Shown: positions 27,676 through 39,894 of the stretch, one piece after another
Layout: every line of letters starts with the position of its first letter
Numbering within the stretch: position 1 is the first letter of the stretch
NCBI RefSeq assembly: GCF_009914755.1
Contig: NC_060927.1
DNA: 64,000 bases
Direction: 5' to 3' (one strand)
DNA from: the human T2T-CHM13v2.0 reference genome, Homo sapiens
The notes under the pieces: model-generated
The model's database searches: none
Seen by the model: the letters and a program-made list of their open reading frames with translations, nothing else
What the model was told of the DNA's origin: nothing
Program-made: the position numbers and the translations under genes

Positions 27676-27975
27676 CATATATTACATATATATGTGTGTG
27701 TGTGTGTATATATATGTGTGTGTGTGTATATATATACACACACACATATATATACACATATAATACACATATATACACATTTATATAAATATAAATTATA
27801 TATACATTTATAATTTATATGTATATATAATTTATATATAAATGTGTATATATGTGTGTGTATGTATAAATGTATATATAATTTATATATACACATATAT
27901 ACACATATATGTAATATATGACATATAAATGTATATATAATTTGTATTTATATATTTTTATATATATATACATTT
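27676..27975. repeat. Complex (TA)/(TG)/(CA) microsatellite
   Basis: About 300 bp of TATA, TGTG and CACA runs, read directly. Confidence 0.95.
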
Positions 27976-30900
27976 CTGATATATCCATCTGTTTCTATAT
28001 TAAGCTGAACATTAAGTTCATAGACCAATGTCTTCTACTGTAATCAAGTACCACATGGATTATCCCTCCTCTTGCTTGTCTATAACCTTACAGTCCATGA
28101 GTGAGAAACTTGATTCTCATCATCCACCATCCATATACCTAATTCTTCAGTTCTGGTATACATGTACAATGGTTTCAGAATTGTTAAGCTGCACTCCAAT
28201 GGGAAACAACATCATCAGCTGCATTATAGTCTTTATGTACAGATCCTTTCATCTTTACAGTCTTCACCTATTTCCAAAGATACTTAGGTCAGAATCTTTT
28301 TCCCCTATCTCTTCAATTAGGTTGTATCATACATTTGTAATACAGTTGTATTCTTTTGCCCTAGTCTGCATTCCATCTTGGAACGTCCTGTCCTCTTAAA
28401 CGAATTTTTAAATTTGTATACATTAAGGTTCACTCTTTGTGCTGTGAAGTTCTATGGGTTTTAGCAAATGCATAATGTCAGGTACCCACCATTATATTAT
28501 GATACAGAATGGTTTAATCACCCTAAGATAATTCCATGTGCATCACGTATTCAACCTTCCTCCCTTTGCATCCATGACAACCATAGAGTCTGTTTAATGA
28601 CTCTATAGTTTAGTCTCTTACAAAACATTATATACCTTAAATTATATAGTATGCCTTTAGACTGGCTTCTTTTACTTAACAATATCCATTTAGGTTTCAT
28701 TCATGTCCTTTTGTGGCTTGATAGCTCATTTCTTCTCAATCATTGAATAATATTCTATTGTGTGGATATACCACAGTTTGTTAATCCTTTCACTTATTAA
28801 AAATCATTTAGGTTGCCTCCAGCTTTTGGCAATTATGAATTAAGCTGCAATAAATATTTGTATTCATGTTTTTATGAATATAAGTTTTCATATTAGTTAG
28901 GTAAACATCTAGAAGTACAATTGCCAGACTATACGGCAAGATTATGTTTAACTTTATTAAAAACCTGCTTAATTGCCTTGCAAAATGTTTGTACCATTTT
29001 GCATTCCCCCAGTGATAAATGAGAGTTCCTGTTCCTCAACATCCTCACCAACAATTGATATTGTCAGTTGTTTGGATTCTGGCCATTCTAAGAGACATGC
29101 AGGGGTACCTCACTGTTGTTTTAATTTATAATTCCCTAGTGACAAATGATGTTAAGCATTTTTCAATTGTTTATTTGCCATCTGTATTATCTTCTTTGGT
29201 GAGATGTCTGTTCAGATCTTCTGCCCATGTTTCAATTAGCTTATTTTCTTATTGCTAAATTCTAAGAGTTCTTTGCATGTTTTGGTTACAAGTCCTTTAT
29301 CAGATATGTCTTTTGTAACTATTTGCTCCCACTCTGTGACTTGTCTTTTCATTCTCCTAACAGTGTTTTTTGCAGGGCAGAAATTTCTAATTTTAATAAA
29401 GTCCAACTTATCCACTTTCTCTTTCGTGGATTATGCTTTTAGTGTCACACCTACAAATATATTGTCCAATCCAAAGTCACCTAGATTTTCTACCATGTTT
29501 TTATTAGAAGTTTTATTGTTTTGTATTTTAAATTTGTTTGTAATCCATCTTGAGTTAAACTTTGTGCAGATTGTAAGGGCTGTGTCTATCTTCACCATTT
29601 GTTGAAAAAAAACTATCATTCTTTATTTAATGACCTTTTCTCCTTTGTCAAAGATACGTTGATTATTTTTGTAGGGGTCTATTTCGGGGCTCTCTATTCT
29701 GTCCCATTGATCTATGTGTCTGCTCATTCATCAATACCATGCTGTCATACTGTAGCTATTTAGTAAGTCTTGAAAGTAGGTAATGTGTGTTCTCCATCTT
29801 TGTTATTCTTCTTCAATATTGTGCTGGCTATTCTAGGTCTTTTGTCTTTCCATATAAACTTTAGAATTAGTTTCCTAGTATCTACAAAATAACTTTTTGG
29901 GATAGCAATTGAAATTGTGTTGAATCTATATGTCAGTTTGGGAAGAATTGACATCTTAACAATATGGAGTCTTCCAATCCATGAATATGGACTGTCTATC
30001 CACTTATTTGAATCATCTTTGATTTCTTTCATCAGAGTTATGTAGTTTATTTGCATATAGATCCTGCACATATTGTGTTATATTTACAGCTATGTATTTC
30101 CTTTATTTTGGAGGTCTGCCATTACAAAAGATAATTTTTCTATTTCAAATTCTAGTTGTTCACTGGGAATATAGTAGGAAAAATTGTCTTTTGTGTATTA
30201 CCTTGTATCCTGTGACCTCGCTATAATCACTTATTCATTGCAGGAGATTGTTTATTCTTTTGGATGTTCCATGTAGGCAGTAGTGTCATCTGCAAACAAA
30301 CTTTAATGTCTTCTTTCTCAATCTGTATACGTTTTATTTATTTTTCTTATCTTACCGCACCAGGCAGGACTTCCAACATCATGTTGAATAGGAGTAGTCA
30401 GAGAGAACATCTAAGGGAAAAGAGTCCAATTCCTCTCTATTAAGAATGATGTTAGTTGCAGGATTTTTGTAGATGTTCTTTATCAAGTTGAGGAAGTTAA
30501 TGATGTCTATTTCTCAGTTGCTGAAAGTTGTTGCTATGAATGGGTGCTGGATTTTGTCAGATGTTTTTGTGCATCAGTTGATATGGTCATATGGTTTTTT
30601 CTTCTTCAGCCTGTTGATGTGGTTGACTTCACTGATTTTTGTGTTGAATCAGCCTTGCACACCTGGAATGAATTCTGCTTGGTCATGGAGTATAATTTAT
30701 TTTATGCATTGTTAGATTGAATTTGCTCATATTTGTTGAGTATTTTTGCATCTGTATTCGTGAGAAATCTTGATTTGCTTTTCTCTTTATTATAATTCTT
30801 TACCTCATTTTAGTATTAATTCTTGCCACATAAAATGAGTTAGAAAATGTTCCCTCTGCTTCTATTTTCTTGAAGATATTGTGGAGAATTGGTACCATTT

Positions 30901-31062
30901 CTCCCTTAAATGTTTGGCAATATTCACCAGTGAAATTATTTGTACTTGGCACTTTCTTTTTTGGAAAGTTAGTAATTATTGAGTCAATTTCCTTTATAAG
31001 ATGTAGAACTATTCAAATTACCCATCTCTCTCCATGTGTGTTTTGGTAATGTGTGTTTCAAG

Positions 31063-31477
31063 TACACTGTGATCTAATATGTCCCACAATATTTATGTGT
31101 CGAAAACTGAATCTCCAATGCAATAGCGTTGGGAGGTAGAGCCTAATGGGAAATGTTTAGGTCCTGAGGGCAGACCCCTCATGAATGGATTAATGCCACT
31201 ATAAGAAGGGTTTTGGGAATGGATTCTCTCTCTTCTGCTCTTCTGCTATGTGAGGATGCAGCATTTGTGTCTTTTTGGCCCTTCCATCTTCTGTAGTGTG
31301 AGGTTGCAGTAAGAAGGCCCTTACCAGATGCCAGTACCTTGATCTTGGACTTCCCAGCCTCCAGAATAATGAGAAATAAATTTCTGTTCTTATAAATTAG
31401 CCAGTATTAGGTATTCTGTCCTTATGAATACCCAGTATTAGGTATTCTGTTTTAGCAAAACAAAACAGACTAAGACA
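31063..31477 (+). mobile_element. MSTC/MSTD-like MaLR solo LTR inserted in the L1
   Basis: CCAATGCAA.AG.GTTGGGAGGT, CCCTCATGAATGGATTAATGCC, TTGATCTTGGACTTCCCAGCCTCCAGAA, ending in ACAGACTAAGACA. Confidence 0.85.
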
Positions 31478-34400
31478 AAGAAATTGGTTCCTTTTATCTA
31501 AATTTTCAAATTTGTGGGCATAGGGTTGTTCACAGTATTCCTTTATTATATATTCATGGCCATGGTATTAGTAGTAATGACTCCTTTGCCTTCACTTTTG
31601 AAGGATAATTTCATGGGCTATAGAGTTCTCTATTGGCAGGGTTTTTCTTTCTCTTTCAACTTTTTGAATATTTCACTGCATTGTCCTTTTCCTTATATGG
31701 TTTCTGACAGGAAGTCCACTATAATTTTTATTCTTGTTTCTCCATAAACAAAGTGATTTTTTCCCTTGCGTCCTTCAAGACTTTATCTTTGTCTTCTGTT
31801 TTTTGAAGATTGAATATGATAGTCTTTGGGCTTACTGGATCTACGGTTTAGTTTTGTGTCTGTCATTAATTTTGGAAAGTTCATAGCCATTATTACTTCA
31901 AATGTTTCTTTTTCTTCCTAGCATTCTAATTTTGCATACGTTACACTTTTGATATTGTCCCACAGTTCTTGAATGTTCTGTTCTGTTTTTGGTTTTGGGG
32001 AAGTTTCATTAACCTATTTCAAGTAAACTAATTCTTTCCTTAGCCATTTTGAGTCTATTGATAAGCCTATCAAAGTACCATTTCTGTTACTCTGCTTTTG
32101 ATTTCTAAGATTTGCTTTTGATTTTCTCTTAGAGTTTCCATTTCATTACTCATCTGTTCCTGTACTTTGTATATTTTTTCCACTAGGGCCCTTTACTTAT
32201 TAATCATAGTTATCTTAAATTCCCTATCTGATATTCCCAACATCTGTACTGTATTTAAGTCTATGCTAATGATTGCTTTGTCTCTTCAAACTGTGCTTTT
32301 CTTGATTTTTGGCATGCCTTGTAATTTTTTACTGAAAGTTAGACATGATTTATTGGGTAATAGAAACTAAGGTAAATAGGCCTTTAGTGTAAAGATTTAT
32401 GTTAATCTGGCTAGGTGTTTTACTGTGTTTAATGTTTGTTGTAGTTTCAGGTACCAGGGGCTTCAAATTCCACTTGTGTCCTTGTTTTTTTCTCCCTTCT
32501 TGTCTTAGGGGCTTCCCTATGTATTACTCCTCAGAAAGAGTCTGTGTCTTGCTGCCCGTTAAGTTGCAACCCACTGTTATTATACTGGAGCCTTGTTGTG
32601 GTGGTGGTAAGGTGTTGGAGTAGGAAGAGCATTCTACCATCTTTCCATTAAGTCTGAGTCTTTTACAGGACCTGTGTCTTGGTGCTGTGGACTTCAGGAA
32701 GGCTTCTGATACTCTTCCAGTAGTATATCTTTCCCCCTCCTCTTGCACCTTTCCCTGACTACATTATTGCAAATCTGTTTTCTTGAGGCTCTGTCCCCAG
32801 TCGACTTTGTGAGTATTTTCTCCCTTGTGTGATTTAGGAAAGATGGAGAAAAAATCCTTTTCTTCCGCTGGCATAAAGTTTCAGTATTGTGCTCCAGCAA
32901 AACCCCTTCTCCTGAGCAGTGGGCCTTTGCTATGGAGGATGCTCTGGGCATGTTTCATAATGATCACTCTTCCCCTTCCCTTGCCAGAGCCACAGGGGGG
33001 GATCTTTCTAGGATCCTCACTGTGAGAATACGGTGGGGTTGCTAGAGGGAAAGCTTATAAAAGTATGGGATCCCCCTAAGACTATGGCTCTCATGGGTCT
33101 TTCCCTCTCACTCTGATACATATTCAGCCTCCAGCAACTCACCCAATTAATGTTCCCACCAGTTTATAGCTCAAGAATGTCTCTGATAAGCAAATATTAG
33201 TTGCAGTCTCTTTCTGGATGTTATGTCTCTCCAGATTTGAGGGTATTAGTTTGCCCTGTGGCCACAGTTTTATGACACGTTCAAGAAAAGTTGTTGATTT
33301 TCAGCTTGTCTAGCTTTTCCTTGCCCCATAAGACTGGGAGTGATGACTTCAAAGTTCTTTACATATCAGGGTTGAAACTGGAAGTCGCTCCCTTTTCATC
33401 ACAATATTGTCTTTCCTTACCCTCTCACCTTACCAGAGTCTCCCCACCTGAAAGCACTACCTCACCTATTCCCTCCATCAAATCTTGTCAGACCAAGCCA
33501 GCCCACAGGGCCTTCTCTCTGCTCTCAAACCTTATTTTATGATCTACTCACTGGGTATTTACTCATCAGCTGGTTTGATGAACAATGACTTAAGCTATTA
33601 ATTATTATTAAACTATTATAATGCTACTATTTTCTCACATATTTATGTAGCCTGAATTTCCTGTAGGTTCAACATTTGCAAATCCTGGCTTAGGTCACTG
33701 TAATACTGTGACCTATAGTCTGCCAAATCAATGACCCCACTCACTGAATGATAGCCTTCTCATCCCTTCTACTTTCCTATCTCTCTTTGGAAGGCCCTGG
33801 TGGATGGGGAAATAGGTGACTCACATAGAGTTCAGGCTGCTTCCCCCTCCTCTGTACCTCATCCTTCTTAGCCCTTTTGATGCTCTGACCAACAATGCCT
33901 GACACAATGTGCTCCCCACCATTCACTTAGACCACTCGCCTTGCAACTGTGCCGCAACCACTACCACCTACAAAACCTTATACTGGCCTCATGACTTCCT
34001 GGGCTCATACTTTTCCACTGGAGGAAACTCTTCCTCTTGGGTCCCAAGCACTGGTTTGGGCTAGGGTACCACAGCAAGGGGGATACCTGCTTGGGCCCCA
34101 AAGGCCAATTTTTCTTTCCCCCTCCCTCCTCATAGAGAATTTTCCTATTAATTTAATATGTTTGCATAATAGATAAATAAGAAAACTAAAAAGTATGCAT
34201 CATTTGACCATTTAAAAATATAATTGTCTGTTCAATAATTCAATGCTGATGGACAAATAGCTCTCTTTTCTCTCTTATGCTGTATGAAAGCTAAATGCAA
34301 ATTTATGATGTCAATTTGCTTTTTTCCAAGAACTCAAGCTGGTCAACTGTGGTGCTGAATTTATGAGGTGCAAATATACATAACCAGGTAAATGTGCACG

Positions 34401-36529
34401 CTGTTCACTTCTCTGGTGCCTTTTTTATACATTACCTTCATATGCACATTAGAAACTCCCATAGGTTTCCTTGGGAACAATGTGTACCTGACATGTATCA
34501 GGTAGTGAATCAACTCTTCTTTTTTCACTAATCTATTTCACCTCTCTTGCCCTGCTGAAATTATTGGTTGCCAAGCACATTATGTATATTTGTCCATCTC
34601 CAAATTTTTGGTTTACACATCATTTACATCACTTACAATGTGATTTAATTCTGTGATGAGAATACAACAGCTCTCAGTTTTGCTGCACAGACTGCCCCTC
34701 CTCACAGCATTACCCAGGGGTAGGTACATCGGATTACATTAAACTACAGCCTCACCTATACCTGAGCAATCTACCACCTTCCACACTCAGGCTCTCACTT
34801 GTGCTGATCACTCTCCTTGCTTAGGGGGCTTGTTGGCCCCACATGGCATCCACTGGGGCCCAAATGAGCATGTACTTGTGTTTGAACCATAACCATGGAC
34901 AAGATTCAACTTCTGTGCTCCTAGTCACATGCCAGTTAGAGGGGAGGGCTTGACTGCAAAAGGTTCCTCAAACCCTTGGGCTGGCACATCTAAGCTTTGG
35001 CATGTATCCTGCTGGGACCTCTCATGGTTTTTGTTTTTACTGTTGTTTTGTTTCATTTTTCAGTAAATTCTGAGCTTCTTTACCACAGAGACTGGACCTC
35101 TTTTCTCTCTAAATTCTCATTATCTAGCACAGGCCTGGCAACTACACAGGGTGTTATGTGAATTGACTTCATTGTATCTACAGCAGCTTCATTAGATTTA
35201 CATGGCATGATAAAATAAAACTTTATTATGTACTCCCCACACCTCCATCCAGGAATTAGGGGGAGGTAAATTTGGGCTCCTGGTTCTTTCTTGTCAAGTT
35301 AATGCAGAATTCTTCATGACATAATCCAGACAAAGAAGGGGTGGACACTATTACCATAATAAGGCCAGGGTATTAGTTGGCAAAAAGTAGAACAAAATTT
35401 AAGTTAATGTGCAGAATATGAATTTCTTTTATAAACCCAGGAAGGTCAGGGAGAGATTTCAGAAAGAAATGAATCCCTACACTGGCCTGGCAGCATCTAT
35501 TTTACGTTAGATATGAGTGGTGGGTGAGGCGGTACGGGAAGAAACTAGTCCCGGCTCAGAATTTCAGTCCTTACCTCCCTCCCACCAGGGGAGCAGTCTC
35601 ACTAAGACTGAGCTCACCCACTCCCACTGTGTCATCTCATTTGGATGACACTGACAAGGGTCAGTAGGGAGGGGGAGGAGCTGGAGAAGTGCAGACAACT
35701 GGCAAGGAGGGAGACCTCAAAAGAAGACTAGAAAGAAGGGCAGAGGGAAACAAGGAAGAGAGAGGTCACAAAGCCTGCCCACACCCAGGGTCCCTACCCC
35801 ACCGCCACCCCCCAGGAGGCCCAGGTGCCATCAAAGTTAGTCAAGATATCATAGACACCTGGGCTGCCTAGAACTTGTCATTGTGAGTCAAAAAATGCTC
35901 ACTCATCATGATAGTAAACGCGTACTTTTCTGCTGAAAAAAAAATTAAGGCTGTATTTCTGAGGCAAGTAGACTTAATAAGCCAAGAATAAAGAACTATA
36001 TGAGTTAAGAGTCGAAATGTACACATTAAGTGACCTCAAATCAGAAATAAGACAGCTGGCTGAATACTTAGCTTTAATTGAATGGGGCCAAAAAGCCTAG
36101 AAAAGACTTTAGTAAAGCTGCCTTTGAAAAAAAGCATCAAACCACAACAAATCAAAGTTCCAGAAAGATTTTTTTAAGGAGCTCCAAGAAGAGATAAAAA
36201 GAACTTAAGGATGATCTTAAGCAAACATGAGCTATAATGAGGAACAGTCTAAGCCAGAAAATGAGGGAAGCAAGAGGCAGGCAGGCTGGGAGGAGTGATT
36301 ACAACTTACAGATGAAACCCAAAACAGTAGGATGGGACATCTGAGAGCTTGGTCAGCTAAGGTGGAGCAGGAAATTCAGGTCCAAATTAGACAAAATTAA
36401 ATATCTGCTCATGTGTGTGATGTTGTCAACTTGAGGAGGGGCTGCACATTTTGAAGAAATCATGTGGACAGGGCCCTAACCTGCTTGTGTTTAAAGCTGA
36501 TGACGTGGGGCTTTGATGGGCCTATCTAT

Positions 36530-37085
36530 GTTGGAGAAGTCAGGACCAGGGAAGCTTGGTTCTAGTTTCTTTTCTGCCATGATCTTGGGAGGTGATGTGG
36601 CATAGAAAGTTAAGACAAACTGCTGTCAGCAAATTCTGGATTCAAATCCTAAATCCCCTGCTTGATAGCAATACAACTTGGGCACTGGCCTCAATTTTCA
36701 GAGTCTTAGTTTCCTGATTGGAGAAACCGTTAGGGTTCCTGAAGAACTACATGAGAAATGTACATTTTGCTCCCAGCACAGGGATAAGAGTTAGTCAATA
36801 AGCATGAATTCTTTCCATCTCTGGGGTTAGCTTCTTCATTTAAAGAATGAGAGAAGACCAGAATATTTCTAAATTCCCTTCCAATTCTAGACTTCCCCAA
36901 TTATGTAACAGAAGACTATGGGAAAGACTTGTGAAATGGGGAGGAAGATATAGAGCAAGACAGTTAGCCTCTATGACCCTGTTTCCTTCTCTATACAATT
37001 GGGATAACATAATAACAATATCAATCTGATAGGATTGTTGTGAGGATTAAATGAACTAATGCATGTGTACATGTTGAGTATAATT
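36530..37085 (+). mobile_element. Cluster of MIR fragments
   Basis: CTGGATTCAAATCC, TCTTAGTTTCCTGATT and ATAGGATTGTTGTGAGGATTAAATGA. Confidence 0.65.
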
Positions 37086-37149
37086 AAACTCTCCTGAACA
37101 TTTGTAAAGATGAAAAGTATGATGATGAAGTGGATGCAGAAGAAACAGT

Positions 37150-38405
37150 TGTTGGAAAGGCCATATTGCAGCAGGTCACCATGTTGCAAGATCCCATGGG
37201 TGTGCAAAGTCCTCATCTCCTTTGGCTTTTTGGTAACATTTGACACTCTTGATGCTCTCTCCTTGAAACAACCCCTTCCCTCTAATTCCACAGCAGACTG
37301 CTCCTCTGGTTAACCTTCTGCCACTCTGGATGCTGCTTCTCAATCTCTTGTGCCAATTCCTCTTCTACCAAAGCTCTAAGTGTTGGAGTCCTTCAGATCT
37401 TGGCTCTACTCCCTCCTTTCTCCTTGCTCTACTCTCTTGTCACTGAGGATCTCATCTGTTCCCCTGACTTTACACACAATCTACAATCAACCCAGATATT
37501 TCCTTACAGTTCCAGACTTACAAATTGAATTGCATGCTTGACATCTATACTCAGAAATTTCTCAAGAATCTCAAAATCCCCATCCCCCAAACTGAATTTG
37601 AAACTTTCCATTCTCAAACCCATTTCTTCTCTAGCAGTCCCAATCTAAGTCATCACTTGAGCTATAATTCTTCACTCATCCTTCACCCTCAGCACCCTAC
37701 CCCACCAACCCACAAACAAGTTCTGATGGCTCTACCTCCAAAACCCACCCATATCCCACCTGTTTATGTCCATCTCTACAGCCAGCCCTGCCTCTGGCTT
37801 AAGCTACTGCCATAACCTCCTGGCTGGCTCCTGGCTTCCCCCTCTGACCCTATTAGGCCATTCTGCATACAGTTAGAATTAAACCAAATTTCATTACTCC
37901 TTTGTGTTAAATCTTCCAGTTTTTTTCCCATTGTTCTTAGTATACATCCATCATTTTTTTATGGCCCAAAGTTCTGCATTACCTCAATCCATCTACTTAT
38001 CATAGCTCTTCAGCTAACTTACTATGCTTCAGCCACACTAGCCTCTTTCAGTTCCTTAAACCTTTCTATCTTAAGTCCTTTGCATCGGCTGTCACTCCCT
38101 CTTTCTGGAATAGTCTTCCTCTATCTCTTTGCAAAATGGGTTCTTCCCTATTTCACAACCCTATTCAAGGCTCCAATGTAAGGCAACCCTCCTCATCATT
38201 CCCTCTCACATTTGCCTGCTCTTTGCCTTTCCAGCACTTACCACAATCTCTAATTATGCAGATGACAATTAAGTCTTCTGTCTACACACTGGATTATAAG
38301 CTATACTAAGCTGGGGACAGCTGTTGTATTGATCTCTGTATCCCCAGCTCTTAGCATAGAAAGTATATCATAGTGGTGTTCAAAATTGAATGAATGAATA
38401 AATGA
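37150..38405 (+). mobile_element. L2 LINE (RT remnant to 3' end)
   Basis: CTCATCTCCTTTGGC..TGGTAACATTTGACACT resembles the RT LLDLSAAFDT region. Pyrimidine-rich body, CAGCCACACTAGCCTC, and the terminal (TGAA)n tail at about 38387-38405. Confidence 0.85.
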
Positions 38406-39447
38406 CAGTAAGACTGAGACTTAAAAGGAAACATAGGACCCAGGGCTAAGGATGAGTCGAGTAGTGCTTTGGACAAAAGATCCTAGCAAGGCAGCTACAG
38501 AGCAATGGGAGACAAGCAGGTTAAGGAATTCCAAAGTGACAAGAAGGTATAGGATAGTCAAGACCACAACTGAGTTCCCAGGCAGAGAGACCATACAAGA
38601 GAGGGATACAAGGGTGGGAGGGAACCATTAGGAGGGCAAAAGTCAGGCCTGTCTCCATTGGGAATGGGTGGTGCCTGGGTAAAACTCAGACGGTGGAACA
38701 CTGTGACTCCTATCCTAAGCATAAAATCATGGCTTTGGAAATAACCTGGGTGTAGACTTACAGATTATGAAGCCTTCCCTTCCTGGTTATCGGTCAAGTG
38801 ATGGGGCAGCAGAGATACAGTAGCCCAGGTCCTGAGCTCACATTCTGTTACACTTTACTTGACTTGCCCCCAAAGACCTGGACCACACCCAGGATGCTCT
38901 GGACTTCCCTCTGGGAAGATGAACCTGAAGGCAATTATAGCCATTAGTGGCTCCCCAGATCTCTTCATGCAAGCATATGGATAGTGGATGCCAAGCCCTC
39001 ATTGCCCTTGCTTTTTTCACTCTTCCTGTTTAAATATATGTCTATGATCCTCACCACTTACCCTATCCACCTACCAGAGCAGCCCACTTGCCATTCTCCA
39101 TGTATCCTCTATTGCTTCCAGAATTCACACCTTTACATGAGCTATTTCTACTTATTAATGGTATCTTTCTGTCCACATTTTTTATAAAGCTCATGTATTC
39201 TCAAAGTGTAATCCTAACTTTTCCCCAAAGCCTTCCTAGATGCCCCCCACTTTGTCTACTTAACCCTCTGTTATAATGTACATTTGCATCTTCCATGGAC
39301 GAGCATTATGATTGTCAGTCTCCCTACAAAACTGAGCATCACTGAGAGGGCAAGGGTCTTCCCTAGCTTGTCTTTGTATTCCCCACAGAGTCTAACAGCA
39401 AGCTCTTCCCACGCCAAGTTCTCTGCTGGGTATTTATTATGAAGGAG

Positions 39448-39894
39448 TGTACACTAGTGTCCTAACAGTGCTGCAACAAATTGCCACAAACTGAGTGTCT
39501 CAGAACAACAAAAATTGATTGTCACAAAGTTCTGGAGACTAGAAGCCAAAAAACAAAGTGTTGGCAGGGCCGTGCCCCTACTGCAGTCGTTAGGGGAGAA
39601 CGTTCCTTGCCTCTTCCTTCTGGGGGTTAGCCGGCAATCTCTGGCGTTCTTTGGCTTGCAGCTGCAGCACTTCAGTCTCTGCTTCCATCATCACATGACA
39701 GTGTCCTGTTGTGTGCCTGTGTCTCTCTGTTTTTTCTTAGAAGGATGCCAATCATGCTGGAATAGGACCCACACCAATTGAGTATGACCTCACCTTAACA
39801 TGACATCTGCAATGACCCTATTTCCAAATAAGGTCACATTTGAAATACAGTGGGTTAGGACTCCAACATACATTTTGGGGGAACATCTACAACA
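39448..39894 (-). mobile_element. MLT1C-like solo LTR
   Basis: ACAAATTGCCACAAACTGAGTG, GTTCTGGAGACTAGAAG, GTGTTGGCAGGGCCGTGC, CCCTATTTCCAAATAAGGTCACATT. Confidence 0.85.

Larger units (their letters stand above)
26590..33386 (-). mobile_element. Large old L1M (L1MC/MD-like): long 3'UTR, ORF2 remnant and ORF1/5' region, interrupted by a microsatellite and an MST LTR
   Basis: Minus-strand ORF 29760-30071 is L1 ORF2 (KWIDSPYSWIGRLHIVKMSILPKLTYRFN...LKFIWK...TLPTFKTY). TCATCTGCAAA (antisense FAD) at about 30287-30297. L1MC-type 3'UTR from 26600, and L1M 5'-terminus motif GATGACTTC.AAG...GAAACTGGAAGTC at about 33342-33386. May be a composite of more than one element. Confidence 0.8.

Noticed and set aside
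27622-27896. ORFs rich in Y/I/H/T/C/V
   Set aside because: Translations of the microsatellite.
35581-35597. CCACCAGGGGAGCAG CTCF-like motif
   Set aside because: An extra base disrupts the GGGGC core, so it is weaker than the retained candidates.
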